Source of the DNA: the human T2T-CHM13v2.0 reference genome, Homo sapiens
Strand: one strand, 5' to 3'
Assembly (NCBI RefSeq): GCF_009914755.1
Contig: NC_060944.1
Length of the DNA: 64,000 nucleotides
The translations under genes and the position numbers were made by a program. Under the pieces are notes generated by a model, which was not told where the DNA came from, did not search any database, and saw only the letters and a program-made list of their open reading frames with translations. Positions 58,163-64,000 of the stretch are shown here, one piece after another (position 1 is the first letter of the stretch; every line of letters starts with the position of its first letter).

Positions 58163-59907
58163 GTGATCCTTTACTCTCATTATTAATTTTGATGCTCAAA
58201 TTGTCCCTGATTTAACTAGGGGAAAACCCTTCAAGTTGGCTCCTGATAAAAAGACATTTTGTTTTCTAAAACAATCAGAGGACTCTTTATTTCTTGAATG
58301 TGAGGGAAAATGCCTACCTTTGGCTTCGTTCAGGAACAAGGAAAATGAATCTGCAACAGCAGATTTTCAGAGGTGATCACTTTCTGTTTTCACTCTAGTG
58401 AGTACATTTTTTAAATGTCAGTTTGATAGATAGTGGTGTCCTGGGATCACCTTCAGCCACTTGCAAATATAAACTGAGAGTAAGCATTAATGTTAGGTCC
58501 TATTAACTCTCTTTCCCCACATACGGAGTGTTTGTATTCATTTTAATGGCTCAACATGTTTAAAGGGGAATTGTGTGAGGGGAACAGTCACACAATTGAC
58601 TGAGTTTATTTGGAGTTTAATGCTAAACCCAAACATAGCATAGCCACAGTTCTAACAATGGCCCATAAGAACATCAGTGCTATTCAAAGAGTGATCCACA
58701 GGCCAGCAGCATCACAGGGAGCTTGCTCCCACTACCTGCCGCCCAAAATTATGGTACTGAAGTCTATATGAGCGTAACGAAAATTTTGTAGAGGAAATCT
58801 TACTGGCATAAAAAGACTGTCAATGTTGCATGTAAAGTACCTACATTATAAGTAGTATAATATCAGACTTGCAAATGCACAACATGTACATAAATAGTAA
58901 TTTTTCTGGGTCTTTATGAGTTATCTGACCTTTATTGTTTTATTTTGGCTTACCTGTATTTTCTGTTTTTCTTTTTCTTTTCTTTTTTTTACAATGTACA
59001 CGTATTACTTTGGAATTAACAATTTTTTTAAAAAAAGAAAAAACACAAGTTAACACCAAAGTCCATAATACCAAAGTGAGTTTATTAGTATTTGCCTCTT
59101 TTATGCCTTTTTGTGCATTGCATTAAGATTCTCTCAGAAGAACGGAGCCAAGAGTTCAGGAGCAAATGATGTGTGAAGGAAGTGCTCCCAGGGGAGAGCA
59201 GTATGGGGTGAGGGGTATGAAACAGGACACGGAAATGAAAGGAGCCAAACAAGGGTGCGCTTTCAGATGAAACCACAGCTTCTGAGTAGCCCGTGGGGAG
59301 CTGTAGCGCACAGGCAAGGAGCTGGGCTTCTGGGTTCCTGTATCAGTGAGCAGCTGCAGGATTGAGGGTGTACTGGCGAGGCTGTTCCAGTGCTCGAGGG
59401 CAAGTCTGCAAAGGTCATGGTGGGAACTATTGGCTAGAAAGCATGCAGAAGCTGTAACTGCGTGCATAGCACAGGAAAGGGAACACATGCACTTATCTTT
59501 AAATTTACACTTTGGTGAACTGGGTAAGACTGTGGGTTTTATATTAGCAGACCTGGATTTGAATCTGCATATTGTTAGTCATCTGCATTTACTGCCTGCT
59601 TGCCTATGGATCAAGTTATGAAGGGTCATGACTCCGAATTTCATCATTTATAAAGTAGGGATAATAATACGTCCCTCAATGAACTCTTATGAGACTCTAG
59701 TGGAATAATGTCTTTAAGGATGCTCAGTCTGTGCCCATGCCTGGTTGGTGGTCAACATATGGTTTGTTTTTAACCATCTTATAGTCTCTATCTGAAAAGT
59801 GAACCAAAAGAAGGCACAGGAAGGAATAAGGACCCAGACCTGAACAGTCAGAACAGAAAAGGCTTCCTGGAGCAGATTCACTTTCAGACCATCGAAGTCA
59901 TTTAAAC

Positions 59908-59940
<33 letters not shown>

Positions 59941-59968
59941 TGTGTGTGTGCGTGTATATATATATATA

Positions 59969-60203
59969 TTTTTTTGAGACAGGGTCTCATGGAGCGCAGT
60001 AGCATGATCTCAGTTCATTGCAACCTCCACCTCCTGGGTTCAAGAGATTCTCCTGCCTCAGCCTACCGATTTTTTGTATTTTTAGTAGAGATGGGGTTTC
60101 ACCATGTTGGCCAGGCTGGTCTCGAACTCCTGACCTCAAGTGATCCTCCTGTTTCTGCCTCCCAAAATACTGGGATTACAGGTGTGAGCCATCGCACCTG
60201 GCC
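59969..60203 (-). mobile_element. Alu with internal deletions; tail expanded to (TG)n/(TA)n at 59909-59968
   Basis: Alu dimer remnants; TSD-like TAAACATATA / TAAACATGTA. Confidence 0.88.
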
Positions 60204-60378
60204 CTAAACATGTAGATATTTTATCTACATATTTATCTACTTTATCCAGTTTCTGATAATCAGAGAAAAATGAAAAATCCCTATTTGCCATGAGATATAC
60301 TTACTAATTTCAGTATAGTTCCTGTGGATAGTGGCCCAAAGGTTATCTAGGTAATTACTAGTTAGGTAGTTAAAATAA

Positions 60379-60821
60379 TGTCTTAGATCAAGCTTCCTAG
60401 AAATAGAAGCTGAGATGGGGACTCTAGTGCAAGTGACTTATTAAGAAGGAACATGTCAGGGAATGAGAGAAGCAGAATAAAGCAGGGAAAGATCTGAGGG
60501 AAGGTTGTGATCTCAGGAGGGCATTAGCACCAGCCTAATTTCCTGGAGAGCTTTGGAGGATGAATGGAACCACAGAGGTTTGTCCTGCCCAGAGGGAAGA
60601 AGCCTGCCTGTTACATCCTGCATCAATCAGTCATTAACCAGCCCCTTGTCAGGAGAGAAACCTTTCAAGTGTCACCTGGCTGATTCGCAAGGTGGCTCTG
60701 ATCAGCCAAAGGCAATCCCCAGAGAAGTGGGTAGCACTTAGCCTCCAACCACAGCAGCTGAGCACTGGGTGGGCCAGCTGGTTAAGGGGATCTGGGCAGC
60801 GTACCAACAGCATCTGCTACA
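60379..60821 (-). mobile_element. ERVL LTR (LTR33-like)
   Basis: TGTCTTAGATCAAGCTTCCTAGAAATAGAAGCTGAGATGGGG..TCT.GTGCAAGTGA.TTATT; similar to 19805-20533. Confidence 0.7.
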
Positions 60822-63800
60822 AATGGCATGCTCTTGTGTGCAAAGTTCAGGTGCAAAATTTCAGATGGTGACTCCTTGAGATCACTTTGCATGACACACT
60901 TTGTTTTTAAAAAGAATATTAACTTCAACAAACTTCTGAACTTGCCTCATTGTTAAGAATAAAGATGAATGAGCAAGAACAGCATTGATAACTGATTTGG
61001 CAGCTAGTTGAAAGGGGAATCACAACTTGAGTGTTACCAACTTTAGTGTTATCAATGGTTAAAAATGATAAACATGAGAGACAGAAAGATGTACTCAGCC
61101 TTATGCTCAGGATAAGGTAATGTCTAATTGGTACAAATCAATCATCCCCAGTGAAGTTAGTTTAGCAACTTTTATTAAAGTCACAATGTAGCCGTGAAAA
61201 GTGCCCAAAAGAACTACTGAGCCTGTACTTTTTTTCAAAACGGGTGGTGTAAAAAGAGAGAAATGGGAAAATTCAAATGCCTTCTCCACACTGGCATAAA
61301 TTTGAAGTAAACAGTCATCTGAACTATGGTATTATTAACTATTTACACAGTATGTATATTTCATTATATGGATTTGTATTTCTGTAACAATGCATCCTAG
61401 GGGAAGTTTACAAATGAAGGTAGATGGGGTGTTTGTGTATATCAAATAACCATGTGCTAATATTCATAGATCCTTAGGTAATTATTACTACATCATGAAT
61501 TTTATCTGAGTAATAAGGAAGAACTGAATATTCTGTTGAGATTCTGGAACTTACTGGAGATTTCTTTTATCCTAGATAAATAATTGAGTATTGTGTGATG
61601 TATGATGTGATACGTGTGTGTAGGTATGTGTTTATTCAGGATTAATGATGGTATTTTCCTTTTATCTTCAGTAAATAAGACTTTGAAGAGGAATTAATAT
61701 GCAAAAAAAGATTTATTTTTCATAGGCTTAATGACTTTTTGTAAGATGGTTTGAAATAGCCATATATTTTTCTAAATGTGGGAGATTGTTATGTTGTTCA
61801 TTATTGAGACTCGCAGGCTGCAGTTCGATGCTTTCCTCTGAAAAGCATTAGAAGTGAGAAAAATAAGTGAGAGAAATAAGTATTCCCTCATAAAAATTAA
61901 ATAATGAAATTAACACATAAAGAATTAAATGAGCAATGAGTATTATTGATGTCTGAATATATCTCACACTAAAGCAACACTTCCCAACACTTCCCAAAGC
62001 TAACAAGTCAGCCAGAAGGAGAATTGATCAGCAATAGAAAATCATGGAATGAGAGTACCTAGGCAGACCTTGTGTGTTCAGACTCTGCAGACCTCTGGTC
62101 CATATAACACATGCGTCTCAGTTAGAGATTGAGACTTTTCATGATGTCCAAGGTTGCTACTGCCAGAATGCTGAATCTATCAGCAGCCCTTGTTCTGCAT
62201 ACAATTTGGTTTTATTCATTCAGCATATATTTATTGAGCACCGATAATGAAAATCCTAGGTCTGTTCCTTGCTCTCTTCATGGTGCATGACAGGAGAGCA
62301 ATTCATCCAGTTTGCATGTCCCAGGTTTCTGCATTATTTGGCTTCCAGTAGGATCCAGACAACAGGAGACAACAAAAGATGAGAGAGGGAGGAGAGGAAA
62401 AGCCAGGTAGTTCCCCCTTTCCATCTTTGCCTTTGTCGGCATCCCCGTCAACAGCTGTGTCTGTCTCCCCCATGACTCCACTCCCCACTGTGTGGGGAGC
62501 TGTGTATCCTGCTGTGGTCCTAGCCTCCCTCATGTGACCCTGGCCCCTAGGCTCTGGTAGTACTACCCACTCCCTCTGTCCCTTAAGCCTCCAAGGGTGG
62601 TACCAGCTTCTTTTGTTGTTAGTCTCAGGGCTGCCTCACTGTGCTCTGGTTGTTTCCTCAGCCTCTTCTATTGCTTGTGCAAACAAATCCTCCCATTAAC
62701 TTCCATTCTGTAGGAACTCAGAGTTGTTTCTGCTTTCCCATGTGGATCCTGATTAATCACGTATCAAGCACAATGGCATGTCTGGATAAAATGGAATGCA
62801 AAACCAGGAATAGCCCCTGCCCTCATGGAGTTTATAGTTTCGTAGGAAAAGCATATTTTCATAGAATAATCCTAAAATACTTATGAGATGATTACACAAG
62901 ATTGAATAATTGAAGATTATCAAAAGACTCACAAGATTTCACAGTGTGTATTTGAGTAAGGTTTTAATACAGGTGAAGGATACATTAGGACACAGAGCAC
63001 AGATGATCACAGAGGGGTCTAGGGCTTCCAGGCACAGCCCCCCAGGGTCCATTTTAATCACTCGGTACAGGACACATTTTATCTTCAGATTATATACGAT
63101 CACCGTAAGTGTGAGTCCAGGTATATAATTTATTGAGGGGTCTTTCATACCCACCAGCCATGTAGCTAAACCCAGGCTGTATACCCTGTTAGACCAGGTA
63201 CAAACTATCAGTCTATACAGTCCTAAACAATGTAGACAAGCTAATACAGGCTGCCTCCAGGGGAATTTCGAGCTTTAAATAGCACATTGCACATTATAAA
63301 GTCCTCAGTAGCACATTTCATTCTTACCTTGACCAGACTTCAAGCATCCCAGGAGACAAACAGAGGGCTACCCCAGGATAGCTGCAAGGTAACGCTACCT
63401 TATACAACATATGAACTTATAGTGGTGCTACAGAATAGGGGAAATTTTCACTAATGAAATGGTATTTTAGCTGAACTCTAAAGAATGAGTGAGGAATTAA
63501 GTTGACCCAGAGGGAAGAGAGGAATTGAGTAGAAGCAGCAGCATTTTGCAGTGCAGACCCATTCCAGCAAGTGAAATAAAAGCAATGTGACAAGAAATAA
63601 ATAAAAAATGGTCAGGGAAAAGAGGCCAAAGCCACATCCTGGAGAGATTTGTAAGACAACCATATGGATTTGGAAAGTGATGGATTTCCATTTGATTCTG
63701 CTGATTCGTCCCTTGTCCTAGAAATTTTCTTGACTTTAGCAACACCACAGTTTCCTGGTGCTTCTCAATATCCTTTGTAGCCATGCTTTTTGCATCAGGA

Positions 63801-64000
63801 CTCTCAACACCAGCAGACACTAACAAGAGAATTATTAAGACTTAGAAAAAGAGAATTCTTAATACAGAATTTCAAGGGGTGGATTGAGCAAGACTGGAGG
63901 CAAAACATCTTCCCTGAAAACCATTTCTCTCTTCCTTGCTTGCTGACATTCTCACTGTCTGGCTCCCTTGCTCTCTCTACTTGGCTTTAGTCTGTGTGAG

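Overview
Human (primate) genomic DNA that I recognise as the ANKEF1 locus (20p12.2). The only protein-coding gene is ANKEF1 (+ strand). It has a CpG-island promoter and non-coding first exon near 33.9-34.2 kb. Nine coding exons (37176-54534) splice in frame by GT-AG rules to 2331 nt, i.e. 776 aa. Probable terminal exons of two lncRNAs are also present: PARAL1 (+, about 5380-5980) and SNAP25-AS1 (-, about 25531-22695). The rest is mostly transposon-derived: Alus, L1/L2/MIR, MaLR/ERVL/ERV1 LTRs, a solo LTR12C, Tigger3b, MER5A, MADE1 and a 7SL retrocopy. I see no new protein-coding system. The most unusual structure is a complex local rearrangement at 15-20.5 kb. It comprises a ~665-bp, ~98% identical inverted repeat pair around a 1.7-kb spacer, a ~280-bp micro-inversion with an 18-bp fold-back repeat at its junction, and a third, older copy of overlapping donor sequence pasted into an LTR. 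Other highlights: a patchwork insertion in an ANKEF1 intron carrying a copied splice donor plus poly(A) signals; a (GGCGGR)12 promoter repeat next to an RFX X-box; a co-oriented LTR12C 2 kb upstream of ANKEF1; and an antisense 7SL copy inside the lncRNA terminal exon. Repeat subfamily names and lncRNA identities come from memory of consensus sequences and annotation, not from a search.
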